This document shows positions 46,792-56,226 of a DNA stretch of 64,000 bases, in pieces (positions within the stretch are counted from its first letter, which is position 1; the number at the start of each line of letters is the position of its first letter). Origin of the DNA: an uncultured Candidatus Saccharibacteria bacterium (lineage in GTDB: Bacteria; Patescibacteriota; Minisyncoccia; Phycocordibacterales; UBA2100); contig CAZYLZ010000006.1 of NCBI GenBank assembly GCA_964648335.1, positions 3,974-67,973 on the forward strand, in the 5' to 3' direction. The translations under genes and the position numbers were made by a program. The notes under the pieces were generated by a model, which ran no database searches, was not told the DNA's origin, and worked only from the letters and a program-made list of their open reading frames with translations.

Positions 46792-46940
46792 AACCTTCTG
46801 CAAAGAGCACGCCAGCCGCGTGCTCTTTTTTATATGCCGCTGCTACGGAATGTATGGTGACAAAAAACCACCATATTGACCCCCGTGCGGTTCGTGGTAG
46901 CGTGCACCGAGGTAAGAACGTCAAGCAACGGAGAGTTGTG

Positions 46941-47120
46941 ATGTCGAGCGAATCAAAAATATGGACCAAGAACGGCAAGCTCTACTATATAAAGCAAAAG
47001 TACGGTAGGTACTACGTGAGCAAGCCAGGGCACGGAGGGCTCGGAGACGCCAGCACACTGGACAATGCGTTAAGCATAATCAAATCGCACTCCGGCTCCA
47101 CCATCAAATCGATCGACTAA
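46941..47120 (+). CDS. Hypothetical small basic protein (59 aa)
   Basis: ggagag SD before ATG 46941. MSSESKIWTKNGKLYYIKQKYGRYYVSKPGHGG. Confidence 0.3.
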   Translation: MSSESKIWTKNGKLYYIKQKYGRYYVSKPGHGGLGDASTLDNALSIIKSHSGSTIKSID

Positions 47121-47191
47121 GCAGTGTCGCGAGCGACACGATGTATTCTTCGAACTGCTCCATCGTGCGATTCCATAGGAATCGCACGATT

Positions 47192-47788
47192 TTAGTTTGA
47201 ATTACATGCGTTCATCGCCGCAACGTAGCCATCCTCGATGATGGTCGCGAGCGCTTCATCGGTCTTCTTGAAGATCGTCTTCATCTCGACGAGCTCTGCC
47301 GGTTTAAACTTACCGACGATAAACTTGAGCACCGCCTCTTCGCCCGTCGGCTTCTTGGCGACGCCTTTGGCGTTCTCGGGCGAAACGCCGATTCGAATAC
47401 GCGTAAACTCCTTACTTTTGATAGCTTTCATTACACTTTCGATACCGCGATGCCCTCCCGAATTCTTCCCGAACGAGACCTTAATGCGCCCCAGGGGCAA
47501 GTCCATGTCGTCGTGCAATACAACGAGGTTTTTAGCCATTTTAGGGCCCAAAATGTACTTAGAGACAGCGGCACCAGACTTGTTCATGTAGGTAGTGGGT
47601 AACACATACACCGCCGTATGCTTTCCCATCTCTCCCTTGGCGACTATCGCCATCGCTTTTTTTTCTTCTTTCCATTCGCTTGCGTCGTGCTTCTTTGCAA
47701 AGTGCTCGACGGCCATCCATCCGGCGTTGTGACGCGTGTCCGAATATTCTTCTCCAGGGTTTCCGAGTCCTACGATGATCCATTTCAT
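47192..47788 (-). CDS. pth: Peptidyl-tRNA hydrolase
   Basis: MKWIIVGLGNPG, HNAGW, HDDMDLPLGRIK, GHRGIESV motifs. Confidence 0.85.
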   Translation of the reverse strand: MKWIIVGLGNPGEEYSDTRHNAGWMAVEHFAKKHDASEWKEEKKAMAIVAKGEMGKHTAVYVLPTTYMNKSGAAVSKYILGPKMAKNLVVLHDDMDLPLGRIKVSFGKNSGGHRGIESVMKAIKSKEFTRIRIGVSPENAKGVAKKPTGEEAVLKFIVGKFKPAELVEMKTIFKKTDEALATIIEDGYVAAMNACNSN

Positions 47789-47878
47789 AAAAACAGTATA
47801 TCGCAATCGCATGCGCTACGCATTTTTTAATTTTTTTTTAGATTTTCTCTCGAGAAAAAAATAAAAAAGCACGACACG

Positions 47879-48571
47879 ATGCGATATCGCTTGCGTCAAA
47901 GAAATCTTGAGAGTAGAATGCTTCGCATGGAATCTGCTGCTCATTCGACTCAACCAAGTTTGAATGATGCTTCGCACGGTACTCCTTCTATCGAACAAGA
48001 GTCGTACACGACGCTCATCTGGTACACGCTCGCAGCACTCGGCATCGCGCTGTTCATCCGTTTCTTCGTCGCAGCTCCGTACATAGTAGAGGGCGCCTCG
48101 ATGGAAAATACCTTCCACACCTTCAACTATCTCATCATCGACAAGCTCTCGTACGAGCTCGGCTCGCCCATGCGTGGCGACGTGATCGTCATGAAGTTCC
48201 CCTACGACACGACGCGCTCCTTTATAAAGCGTGTCATCGGCCTCCCGGGCGAGACCGTCATCATCGATGGCACCGCAGTCACCATAAAGAATGCAGCGCA
48301 CCCCGAGGGATTCGTCCTAAACGAGCCATATGTGTCGCCAGATAATGCCGCTGAATCACATGTCGAGATAGTCCTAGGCCCCACCGAGTACTGGGTCTTA
48401 GGCGACAACCGCAAAGCCTCTGCCGATTCTCGCGCCTGGGGAACCTTGCCACGCAAAGACATCGTCGGCCGCGCGTTCGTACGACTCTATCCTCTCTCAG
48501 AAGCAAACCTTTTCCCGGGCACCGCCCGCTACCCTCAAGACTCTTCCCCTGCACAGAGTGCAGATAATTAA
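47879..48571 (+). CDS. lepB: Signal peptidase I
   Basis: GASMENTF (SM.PT-like), RVIGLPGE, YWVLGDNRKASADSR motifs. Start ambiguous among N-terminal Mets. Confidence 0.8.
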   Translation: MRYRLRQRNLESRMLRMESAAHSTQPSLNDASHGTPSIEQESYTTLIWYTLAALGIALFIRFFVAAPYIVEGASMENTFHTFNYLIIDKLSYELGSPMRGDVIVMKFPYDTTRSFIKRVIGLPGETVIIDGTAVTIKNAAHPEGFVLNEPYVSPDNAAESHVEIVLGPTEYWVLGDNRKASADSRAWGTLPRKDIVGRAFVRLYPLSEANLFPGTARYPQDSSPAQSADN

Positions 48572-48585
48572 TAGTAGCTATCCTC

Positions 48586-49734
48586 ATGCAAAAGAATCTT
48601 TCCCTTGCGCCCGCTATCCGTGCTGCCGAATATTATGGATTCCTTCCGTTCGAGTCTCTCGCCCATAATCGCGAGATCCACGAGAAGAAGCCCGAGAAAG
48701 CTCCTAAAAACGTCGGCGAGATCGCGGTCGTGCGCAGCGAAGAGAAATCGCTCATAAGCGCTGCAAAGATGTTTGCGCGTTACAACGCATCGGGTAAGCG
48801 TCCGCGTTTCTTGTGGCGCAAGGCTGCCGGCAAAGACGCCGACACCGCAAACCTCGAGCTCCACGTGCTCAACGTCCCGACTGGCATGGCAGAAGCGCTC
48901 CTCATCACCCTCTCGCATGCGATTGCCGAAGATGCCGGGATCACCGACCGCGTCCTCAAGATAAACTCCATCGGCAACGCCGATTCATCGGGTCGCTACG
49001 TACGCGACATCGGCATCTTCTTGCGCAAGCACCTAGAACAGATTCCGTCGGCCTTGCGCGCTCGCGCGGCACTCGACCCCTTGGGCACACTCCTCAAACT
49101 TATCGAAAAGTCGAGCCCCATCATCGGCACGGCACCACAAGCTATGGAGTATCTCAACGAAGACGAGCGCAAGCACCTGTGGGACGTACTCGAATACCTC
49201 GAGGCGGCCGAGCTGTACTATGAGCTCTCCGGACACGTCATTGGCAGCCGCGACTGCTGGACGCACACCCTTTTCGAACTCGTCTCGATCGACCGCGAGA
49301 AAGGACTTACCGAATCCATCGCCCGCGGCGGTCGGTACGACACGCTCGCTACGCGCTTTACCGGCACGCCAACCCACGCCACCATGCTCGCGCTCTCATG
49401 CTCGCCGAAAGGCTCGGCAACCGCAAAGAAGCAGACGCCGTCGACCATCTACTTCGCACACCTCGGCCTCGAGGCTCGCCGCCGATCGCTCTTGGTGCTC
49501 GAGTCACTCCGGCGCGCAGGTATCCCTGTTGCGCAGTCTCTTACCTTCGAGCAGCTCGGCGACCAGATGCGTATTGCCAAAGAGCAGCGCGTTCCGTATC
49601 TTCTTATAATGGGCCACAAAGAAGCCATGGAAGGTACCGTCTTGGTCCGCGACACCTACACCAACATGCAAGAGGCCATCTCGCTCCCCGAACTTCCGTC
49701 GTACCTGCGCAAGAACAAGATGATTCGCATGTAG
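48586..49734 (+). CDS. Histidyl-tRNA synthetase-like protein (HisS/HisZ family) with apparently degenerate catalytic motifs
   Basis: C-terminal region matches HisRS (GGRYDTL motif 3, anticodon-binding-like YLLIMGHKEAMEGTVLVRD). N-terminal ~100 aa lack recognisable motif 1/2 (no FRxE, GRxRQF). Confidence 0.5.
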   Translation: MQKNLSLAPAIRAAEYYGFLPFESLAHNREIHEKKPEKAPKNVGEIAVVRSEEKSLISAAKMFARYNASGKRPRFLWRKAAGKDADTANLELHVLNVPTGMAEALLITLSHAIAEDAGITDRVLKINSIGNADSSGRYVRDIGIFLRKHLEQIPSALRARAALDPLGTLLKLIEKSSPIIGTAPQAMEYLNEDERKHLWDVLEYLEAAELYYELSGHVIGSRDCWTHTLFELVSIDREKGLTESIARGGRYDTLATRFTGTPTHATMLALSCSPKGSATAKKQTPSTIYFAHLGLEARRRSLLVLESLRRAGIPVAQSLTFEQLGDQMRIAKEQRVPYLLIMGHKEAMEGTVLVRDTYTNMQEAISLPELPSYLRKNKMIRM

Positions 49735-49765
49735 ACGGCTGCAAAGCGCACATTAACAAAGTAAA

Positions 49766-50300
49766 CCACTGCCGCCTGTAAGGCGGCAGCTTTCTTTGCG
49801 GACTGAAGTCCGAAACTCACAGACCGAGTATCGTGAAGTCGTCTCCTCGCTTCTCCTTGTCGTCATCTTGGTTCTCGATGTAGTCGACAATCATCTCGTC
49901 GGTGATTGCTCCTGAGGTGGTCGCGAAGTAGCCACGCGACCAGAAGTGCTTGCCCCAGAACTGTTTGTTAAGGGCCGGGTTCTCTTGCAGGATCTTTCGC
50001 GAGGTCTTCCCCTTGAGGTACTGTACGATCTTGGAGACGGATATCTGCGGTGGTATGGAGACGAAGATGGCACATGATCTTTCGAGACATGACCGCGGAT
50101 GATTTGCACACTGTTCGTGACACATATCTCCCGGATCAGGTCCCGCACACGGGAAGCGATTCTTCCGGTGAGTACCGGTTTCTTGTACTTTGTGGTCCAC
50201 ACGAGATGGTACTTCAGATCAAAGACCGTGTGGGGACCTGACCGGTACAGCTTCATGGGTGTACTGTATCACTTGAAACGTCCGCCTGAAGGCGGGGGCT
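49766..50300. mobile_element. IS200/IS605-family insertion sequence (tnpA-only type), boundaries approximate
   Basis: Y1-transposase gene flanked by related subterminal hairpins ctgccgcctgtaaggcggcag (49769-49789) and ccgcctgaaggcgg (50282-50295). Confidence 0.6.
49817..50256 (-). pseudogene. tnpA: IS200-type transposase tnpA, split by a frameshift
   Basis: N-terminal part MKLYRSGPHTVFDLKYHLVWTTKYKKPVL..GHVSKDHV in one frame (ORF 49891..50256). C-terminal part AIFVSIPPQISVSKIVQYLKGKTSRKILQ..WSRGYFATTSGAITDEMIVDYIENQ in another frame (ORF 49817..50200). Confidence 0.7.
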
Positions 50301-50321
50301 TTGCTCCCAAAGATGGATAGG

Positions 50322-50348
50322 AAAGCGCGATCGTACGATCGCGCTTTT
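50322..50348. terminator. Hairpin terminator candidate
   Basis: aaagcgcgatcgtacgatcgcgctttt. Confidence 0.45.
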
Positions 50349-50362
50349 GGTATTTGTTAGTC

Positions 50363-51352
50363 TCAGTGTCTAAAGTGACGACAGTCAGCAAAGACCATGG
50401 CCACACCGGCACTATCAGCCAGTGCGATCACTTCCTCGTCACGTTTGGCACCGCCAGGTTGAATTACGGCACGGACACCCGCGTCGATTGCCGCTTGTAA
50501 CGCATCAGGAAATGGAAAGAATGCATCGGAAGCAGCAACCAAACTGGTCAGCTTTAATGTGCCAGCGTTTTCCGATATTCCAACCTTTAGAGCACCGAAG
50601 CGCGCTGCGTCAAATCGGCTTACATGTCCGGAACCGATACCTAACGTTGCACCATCTGCGGCATACACTATCGCGTTCGACTTTGCATGTTTCGCTACTG
50701 TAAAAGCAAAGAGAAGATCCTTGGTCTCAGCAGTAGTTGGAGGACGTTTCGTGACGACTCGCGCAGTCCTACACAAAACACAACTATCGTGCGATTGGAT
50801 CACAAATCCGCCAGCAACAGAGCGTACCGAGACTTCAGTATTTGCCCGGTCAGGCATGCCACCCGTGATCAAGATACGAAGCGCCAGCTTCGACCGCAAT
50901 ACGTGCAAGGCCTCGTCAGTGACTGCTGGACAGATTATAAGCTCGACGAAGCTTTGTGCGATCATTTTCGCCAGAGGCATGTCGAGCACTCCATTCAAAG
51001 CAATGACGCCACCGTATGCCGCTTCTGGATCACATGCTCGAGCGCGAGCATACGACTCAATAAACGTATTACATGCAGCAACACCGCACGGTGTCTGGTG
51101 CTTGACGATAACAACTGCTTTTGTGTTTCGCACATCGAATTCGGCAACACATTCAAACGCCGCATCGGCATCGAGTATGTTGTTATACGACAGTTCTTTC
51201 CCTTGACACACTACGGCTGAAAGCACACCCGGTCGCGCATCATTGATTCTGTATACCGCCGCCCTTTGGTGAGGATTTTCTCCATACCGTAAAACACGGC
51301 TAAGGGTACCAACAATTTGCAGCGTAGGGGTAAACACTGGATTCTCTGACAT
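50363..51352 (-). CDS. AICAR transformylase (PurH AICARFT domain only, no MGS-like IMP cyclohydrolase domain)
   Basis: LRYGENPHQ, KHQTPCG, ASDAFFPFPD, QPGGAKRD motifs. 329 aa. Confidence 0.75.
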   Translation of the reverse strand: MSENPVFTPTLQIVGTLSRVLRYGENPHQRAAVYRINDARPGVLSAVVCQGKELSYNNILDADAAFECVAEFDVRNTKAVVIVKHQTPCGVAACNTFIESYARARACDPEAAYGGVIALNGVLDMPLAKMIAQSFVELIICPAVTDEALHVLRSKLALRILITGGMPDRANTEVSVRSVAGGFVIQSHDSCVLCRTARVVTKRPPTTAETKDLLFAFTVAKHAKSNAIVYAADGATLGIGSGHVSRFDAARFGALKVGISENAGTLKLTSLVAASDAFFPFPDALQAAIDAGVRAVIQPGGAKRDEEVIALADSAGVAMVFADCRHFRH

Positions 51353-51512
51353 TAGGTTTCTCCACCGAGGTTCAAGCTATAGAAACTGTACCGCAAAGCA
51401 ATCTCATGAACAACGAGATCCATACCAGCAGGTCATCCGCTTGTATTCTGGTTGACACACAGATAAGATAAAGGTATAAATTGCGCGGCACATTGATCAC
51501 GGAGAGACGATC

Positions 51513-51935
51513 ATGCAGGTACGAAGAAAAGTGTTTAAGAAGACAAAACCTGAGCGCGACCGAATCTGGCTCTCGATCTACAGTCAACTATTGCAAGAGC
51601 TTACGAACGAGCCGGCCGAAACGCTCTCATTCTTCGACGAGAGGTCGCGACTGCGTCGTCAGCAGAAGTTTGCAGAATATCTTGCAAAATATGCCGGACT
51701 CGGCGCACGCGAGAAAAGTCTCAATCTCCTCATCGGCGCGTTCGTCACCAACGAGACCGAGGCGAGCAAACGTACTCTTGTGCGTGCTGCACAAGGAATC
51801 GCCGAGACACTGCTCGAAGCAGGCGCAACACTCGACTCTGCTACCGAAGTTCTCGACGATGTTTCGTTCACCTTGACTGAATACGTTCAGGACGAAGCGG
51901 CACCCGAGCCAGCCCAGTTTGCGCTCTCGGCATAA
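51513..51935 (+). CDS. Hypothetical protein (140 aa)
   Basis: ggagag RBS. Terminator ccggcggacccatacagggtccgccggtttt at 51940-51972. Confidence 0.4.
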   Translation: MQVRRKVFKKTKPERDRIWLSIYSQLLQELTNEPAETLSFFDERSRLRRQQKFAEYLAKYAGLGAREKSLNLLIGAFVTNETEASKRTLVRAAQGIAETLLEAGATLDSATEVLDDVSFTLTEYVQDEAAPEPAQFALSA

Positions 51936-51994
51936 CCCCCGGCGGACCCATACAGGGTCCGCCGGTTTTCTTTTGTCTACACGACATCAAACAC

Positions 51995-52087
51995 CTGGCC
52001 AACTCCCCGTAACCCCTCTTAGAAAGAAGGGTAAGAATTCTTGGCCCCCTCCTCTTTCTAAGAGGAGGGTTGGGGCGGAGTTGGTCC
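51995..52087. repeat. Imperfect ~45-bp-arm palindrome centred on gaattc (two inverted copies of a ggaccaactcc...ccctcttagaaagaggg motif)
   Basis: tggccaactccccgtaacccctcttagaaagaagggtaagaattcttggccccctcctctttctaagaggagggttggggcggagttggtcc. Confidence 0.7.
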
Positions 52088-52099
52088 AGCCAGCAAGTC

Positions 52100-52449
52100 C
52101 GCTTTTCTTTTATTGAATCAATAACAGCCGAAACATTTCTATTAACATCTGAATTTGTAAGTCGAAGCACTGTACTACCAAGCGACTCGAGAAATACCGA
52201 CCGTTCATCATCATATGTCCGCTTACCCTCATCAAAATGCTGGCTACCGTCGATTTCTATAGCCAGCTTCAGCGACGGACAATAGAAGTCGACAATATAG
52301 GAACCTACCCCGTGCTGCCTACGAAACCGAAAACCTAGTTGGTCGATCTTGAGACGGGACCAGAGAATCTTTTCTTGAGGAGTGGCTGACTTTCTCAGTT
52401 CTCTGCGAAAATTCTTGTTTTCTGGCTGGTTAAAGAGATTTTGCTACAT
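52100..52449 (-). pseudogene. DUF559 / Vsr-like endonuclease-domain gene disrupted by a stop at codon 2 (ATG TAG)
   Basis: The minus-strand frame reads ATG TAG then NLFNQPENKNFRRELRKSATPQEKILWSRLK..FRFRRQHGVGSYIVDFYCPSLKLAIEIDGSQH..VLRLTNSDVNRNV, a DUF559 pattern. The normal stop also appears lost, with the frame reading on through to 51868. Confidence 0.5.
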
Positions 52450-52477
52450 CTAAACTGTCTATCATGAAAGGCCGGTG

Positions 52478-52530
52478 CGGACCAACTCCCCCTCGATCCC
52501 CCTCTTAAAAAGAGTGGGAGGAAAATACAG
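52478..52530. repeat. Third copy of the ggaccaactcc...ccctctta motif flanking the DUF559 gene
   Basis: cggaccaactccccctcgatccccctcttaaaaagagtgggagg. Confidence 0.6.
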
Positions 52531-52594
52531 TCCACTACCTATAAGGTCCCTGTTTTGTTGCGAGAAATAAGGCCCTATGGTACAGTGTGCCGAC

Positions 52595-52858
52595 ATGTCA
52601 ATAAACGTAGAAATAGTAAAGAGCGGCACCGAGAACAGCCTCAGTGTCATCCGCAAGTTCACCCGCAAGATGCAGGGTACTCAGATCGTTCAGAACTCTC
52701 GTAAAAACCGTTATTTCGCGCGCCAGATGTCGGACACTGTTAAGCGCAAGAAGGCCCTCAAGCGCATCGGCCGCACCGCAAAGTACAACCAGCTCCTCAA
52801 AGAGGGCAAGATCCAGGAAGAGGTCAAGAAGCGAGGCGGTTCACGCTCACAGGCGTAA
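52595..52858 (+). CDS. rpsU: 30S ribosomal protein S21
   Basis: MSINVEIVKSGTENSLSVIRKFTRKMQG..RYFARQMSDTVKRKKALKR matches the S21 pattern (V.V..E....L.RFKR...G.....R.YEKPS..RKR). Confidence 0.6.
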   Translation: MSINVEIVKSGTENSLSVIRKFTRKMQGTQIVQNSRKNRYFARQMSDTVKRKKALKRIGRTAKYNQLLKEGKIQEEVKKRGGSRSQA

Positions 52859-52861
52859 ACC

Positions 52862-53260
52862 ATGCAGGGATTCGAGTCAGAGACTCTCGGCGTCAGAGCT
52901 ACCGCTCGGACGCCGTTTCCTGTTATACCCTTCGCTACCATCAAAGATTCCGTACTCGGAGCTCGGTACGAACTCTCGCTCGTGTTCGTCGGGGACACGA
53001 TCGCTCGGCGCCTCAACCAAAAGCACCGCGGCAAGTCGTACGTTCCAAATGTCCTCTCATTTCCCAACTCGAAGTCCGAGGGCGAGATCTTTATAAATCT
53101 GCGCGTGGCCGCACGCGAAGCAAAACAGCTCCGAACTTCTCTCAAAAGGCGCGTAGCGCTCCTGTTTGTGCATGGTCTGTATCACCTCAAAGGCCACGAT
53201 CACGGCGACGCCATGGAAGCCGCAGAGCAAAAAACACTCAGCTCGTTCGGGGTCGCGTAA
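52862..53260 (+). CDS. ybeY: rRNA maturation endoribonuclease YbeY
   Basis: NVLSFP and HGLYHLKGHDH (H..H..GYDH) motifs. 132 aa. Confidence 0.8.
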   Translation: MQGFESETLGVRATARTPFPVIPFATIKDSVLGARYELSLVFVGDTIARRLNQKHRGKSYVPNVLSFPNSKSEGEIFINLRVAAREAKQLRTSLKRRVALLFVHGLYHLKGHDHGDAMEAAEQKTLSSFGVA

Positions 53261-53417
53261 ACCTCGAATCAGCGAGGGTTTGTCCACTATTTTGGGTACT
53301 TCACTCATTTGTATCGCGCGGGTCAAGAGGATACAATAGACGGGACCGAAGTCTAAAGCGTGCGAATGTCCCGTACCGATTGTGCGATTCGTTTCTGACA
53401 GACCTTCGTCGTTAACC

Positions 53418-54623
53418 ATGCAGCGCATCTATACAGGCATCGACATCGGCTCGTATCATGTACGTGTCGTCGTAGCGCGCGCGCCCGAGAGCTCAGACTC
53501 GCCGATGCCGATTCTCTCGACCGGCACCTCGACATCGCGCGGACTCCATCACGGGTACATTATCTCGCAAAAAGACGCAACCAAGAGCATCGCAGAGGCC
53601 GTAGCATCGGCAGCAACCGCTGCCGGCGTCCCGATAAAACGCGCACGCGTTTCGGTAGGCGGCGTCGGCATCGACGAGATCCGCTCGACCGGTGAAGTCG
53701 CTATCGGATTTTCGGACCGCGGCGGCTACGGAAAGAAACCAGTTACGATCGCCGGCGAAGTCACCGAAGCCGACATCGAGCGTGCAATCGTCGACAGCGA
53801 AAAGCGCGCGGCGGCACAGCTAACCAATCGCAAGGTGATCCAGGCAATACCGCTAGGATACCGGATCGATGGCAACAAGGTACTCGGACGACCCTTGCAC
53901 ATGCGCGGCAACAAGCTCTCGGTCGACACCCTTCTCATCACCGCGCTCGAACAACACCTCAATGACTTGATCGAAGCGGTCGAAGCTGCCGGCGTCGAGG
54001 TAGAAGACGTGTTGCCTGCACCGTTGGCTGCAAGCCTCTCGCTTCTCACTAAGCCGCAAAAGATGGCCGGATCGATATTGGCCAACATCGGTGCCGAGAC
54101 GCTCTCGATTGCCATTTTCGAGAACGACATACCGATCTCGGTCAAGATATTCCCTATCGGTAGTTCCGACATTACAAACGACATCGCACTCTCGCTCCAG
54201 GTGCCGCTCAAGGAAGCCGAGCAAATGAAGCGCGGTGCCTTAACGCGTGCCGATGCTTCGCGCAAACGTGTCGACGATCTCGTCTCGGCGCGTCTTAAAG
54301 ACATGTTCAATCTCATCGACTCGCATTTGCGCTCGATCGGCAAGCAACGCCTCCTCCCTGCAGGCGTCATTCTCACGGGTGGTGGATCGGGGCTCGTGGG
54401 CGTGCGCGATCTTGCAAAGGCGGTCTTGAAACTGCCATCGCAAGTCGGTGTCTTGCCTAATCATATCCGCACGCTCGATGCTACGTGGGCCGTCGCGTAT
54501 GGACTGTGTCGGTGGGCCTACATGAGCGACGACCGCAGGACGCCGGCGACCGCCGAGCTCGGCGGTGTGGTGAGCGAGCTCTGGAACAGTATCAAGCAAG
54601 CAGTCAAGGGATTCATGCCCTAA
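53418..54623 (+). CDS. ftsA: Cell division protein FtsA
   Basis: Actin-like ATPase starting MQRIYTGIDIGS, GGG loop ILTGGGSGLVG. Upstream of ftsZ. Confidence 0.8.
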   Translation: MQRIYTGIDIGSYHVRVVVARAPESSDSPMPILSTGTSTSRGLHHGYIISQKDATKSIAEAVASAATAAGVPIKRARVSVGGVGIDEIRSTGEVAIGFSDRGGYGKKPVTIAGEVTEADIERAIVDSEKRAAAQLTNRKVIQAIPLGYRIDGNKVLGRPLHMRGNKLSVDTLLITALEQHLNDLIEAVEAAGVEVEDVLPAPLAASLSLLTKPQKMAGSILANIGAETLSIAIFENDIPISVKIFPIGSSDITNDIALSLQVPLKEAEQMKRGALTRADASRKRVDDLVSARLKDMFNLIDSHLRSIGKQRLLPAGVILTGGGSGLVGVRDLAKAVLKLPSQVGVLPNHIRTLDATWAVAYGLCRWAYMSDDRRTPATAELGGVVSELWNSIKQAVKGFMP

Positions 54624-54735
54624 CTCATGAAGTCGTGGCACACGGGCCGCATATCTGATACCGTGAAGAGAGATTCGATACTAGACAACTATAAGAACAG
54701 ATGTCCGCAAATAGTCCGCGGACACCGAGTATGAT

Positions 54736-56025
54736 ATGCTGACTCCGATTAAAGAAATGACACCTACCCCTATGAGCAAAAAAGTTAAATCAGACGTAGA
54801 AACCGTAGCGCGAATACGCGTCGTGGGAGTAGGCGGCTCGGGAAATAACGCGGTCAATCACATGGTCCAGTCGCAAGTCCGCGGCGTGGACTTTATCGCA
54901 ATCAATACCGACGCGCAGGATCTCATCAAGTCGAAGGCCAAAGACAAAATCCACATAGGCACCAACCTCACTCGCGGACTCGGAACCGGCATGAACCCGG
55001 ACTTGGGCAAGCAATCGGCAGAAGAGAATAAAGACGAGATCCAAGAAGCGCTCTCGGGTTCCGATATGGTGTTCGTCACCTGCGGAATGGGCGGCGGTAC
55101 CGGAACCGGTGCAGCACCCATCGTCGCTCAAGCGGCTCGCGACCTTGGAGCGCTTACCATTGGTGTCGTTACCAAGCCATTTTCGTTCGAAGGTGCGCAG
55201 CGCATGCGCCTCGCCGAGCAAGGATTGGCAGAACTCAAGAAAGCTGTCGATGCACTCATCGTAATTCCGAACGATAAAATTCTCCAGATCGTCAATCGCG
55301 ATACCGGCATCAAGAACGCCTTTGCCATGTGCGACGACGTCCTAAAGCAGGCAGTCGAGGGTATCTCTGACATCATCACGACCACCGGCATCATCAACGT
55401 CGACTTCGCAGACGTGCGCGCCGTCATGGCAAATGCAGGCTCGGCGCTTATCGGCATCGGCACTGCAACCGGCGAGAAGCGTGCAGAAGAGGCAGCGCGT
55501 GCGGCTATCTCATCGCCACTCTTGGACGTCTCGATCCACGGAGCCAAGGGCGTCCTTTTCTCTGTCACCGGCGGAGACGATCTGGGCATGCTCGAAGTCC
55601 AAGATGCCGCAAAGATCATCACCGAGGCCGTCGATCCAGATGCCAAGGTCATCTTCGGTGCTGTCACCGACGATGCCATGAAGAAGGGCGAATTCCGCAT
55701 CACCGTCATAGCGACCGGCTTCCCCGAAGGCTCAGCATCGCGCGGGAGCATGGGGGCGGCACCTATGAGCGCTCCCACCACCCCAATCTATACCGCTCCC
55801 AAGCGCCGCACTACATTCGGCCGTATGGAAGAAGAGCTTCCTAAGATAAAGAGCGAGGAACCACGCCCCGTAATTGAGGACCGTCCTGTCATGGCCGCAC
55901 AACCGATCCCGAAGCCGCCATCCACGCCTGTCATCCCGACTCCTCCGGCGCCAGTCGAAGAAGATAAGTCGACCGACGATGATGATTGGAGCTCTTTCCC
56001 CTCCTTTCTCCGCCGCTCCAAGTAG
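54736..56025 (+). CDS. ftsZ: Cell division protein FtsZ
   Basis: VVGVGGSGNNAVNHM, GGGTGTGAAP tubulin signature. Start may be the internal Met at 54772. Confidence 0.9.
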   Translation: MLTPIKEMTPTPMSKKVKSDVETVARIRVVGVGGSGNNAVNHMVQSQVRGVDFIAINTDAQDLIKSKAKDKIHIGTNLTRGLGTGMNPDLGKQSAEENKDEIQEALSGSDMVFVTCGMGGGTGTGAAPIVAQAARDLGALTIGVVTKPFSFEGAQRMRLAEQGLAELKKAVDALIVIPNDKILQIVNRDTGIKNAFAMCDDVLKQAVEGISDIITTTGIINVDFADVRAVMANAGSALIGIGTATGEKRAEEAARAAISSPLLDVSIHGAKGVLFSVTGGDDLGMLEVQDAAKIITEAVDPDAKVIFGAVTDDAMKKGEFRITVIATGFPEGSASRGSMGAAPMSAPTTPIYTAPKRRTTFGRMEEELPKIKSEEPRPVIEDRPVMAAQPIPKPPSTPVIPTPPAPVEEDKSTDDDDWSSFPSFLRRSK

Positions 56026-56226
56026 AATATTTACAATCGGCGAACACCTGCGTTTCCCATCGCCACATATCCGTCGCCGTACTGCAAGTACGTCTCCGCA
56101 TATGTTGCTCGGGCGCCTTGGATTTCATCCGATTCTAAAAATTCTATGCGAAACACGAAAAGTCCCGAGAGGGGCTTTTTTTGCTGATTTTCTAGACATC
56201 ACGGAGTCGTGTATACTGTTTCGACT

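Noticed and set aside
49769-49789. Hairpin called as intrinsic terminator of the hisS-like gene
   Set aside because: It may instead be (or also be) the subterminal hairpin of the IS200/IS605 element, since a near-identical hairpin sits at the other IS end (50282-50295).
51868-52170. 100-aa minus ORF
   Set aside because: It is the read-through continuation of the DUF559 pseudogene frame across the palindromic repeats, not an independent gene.
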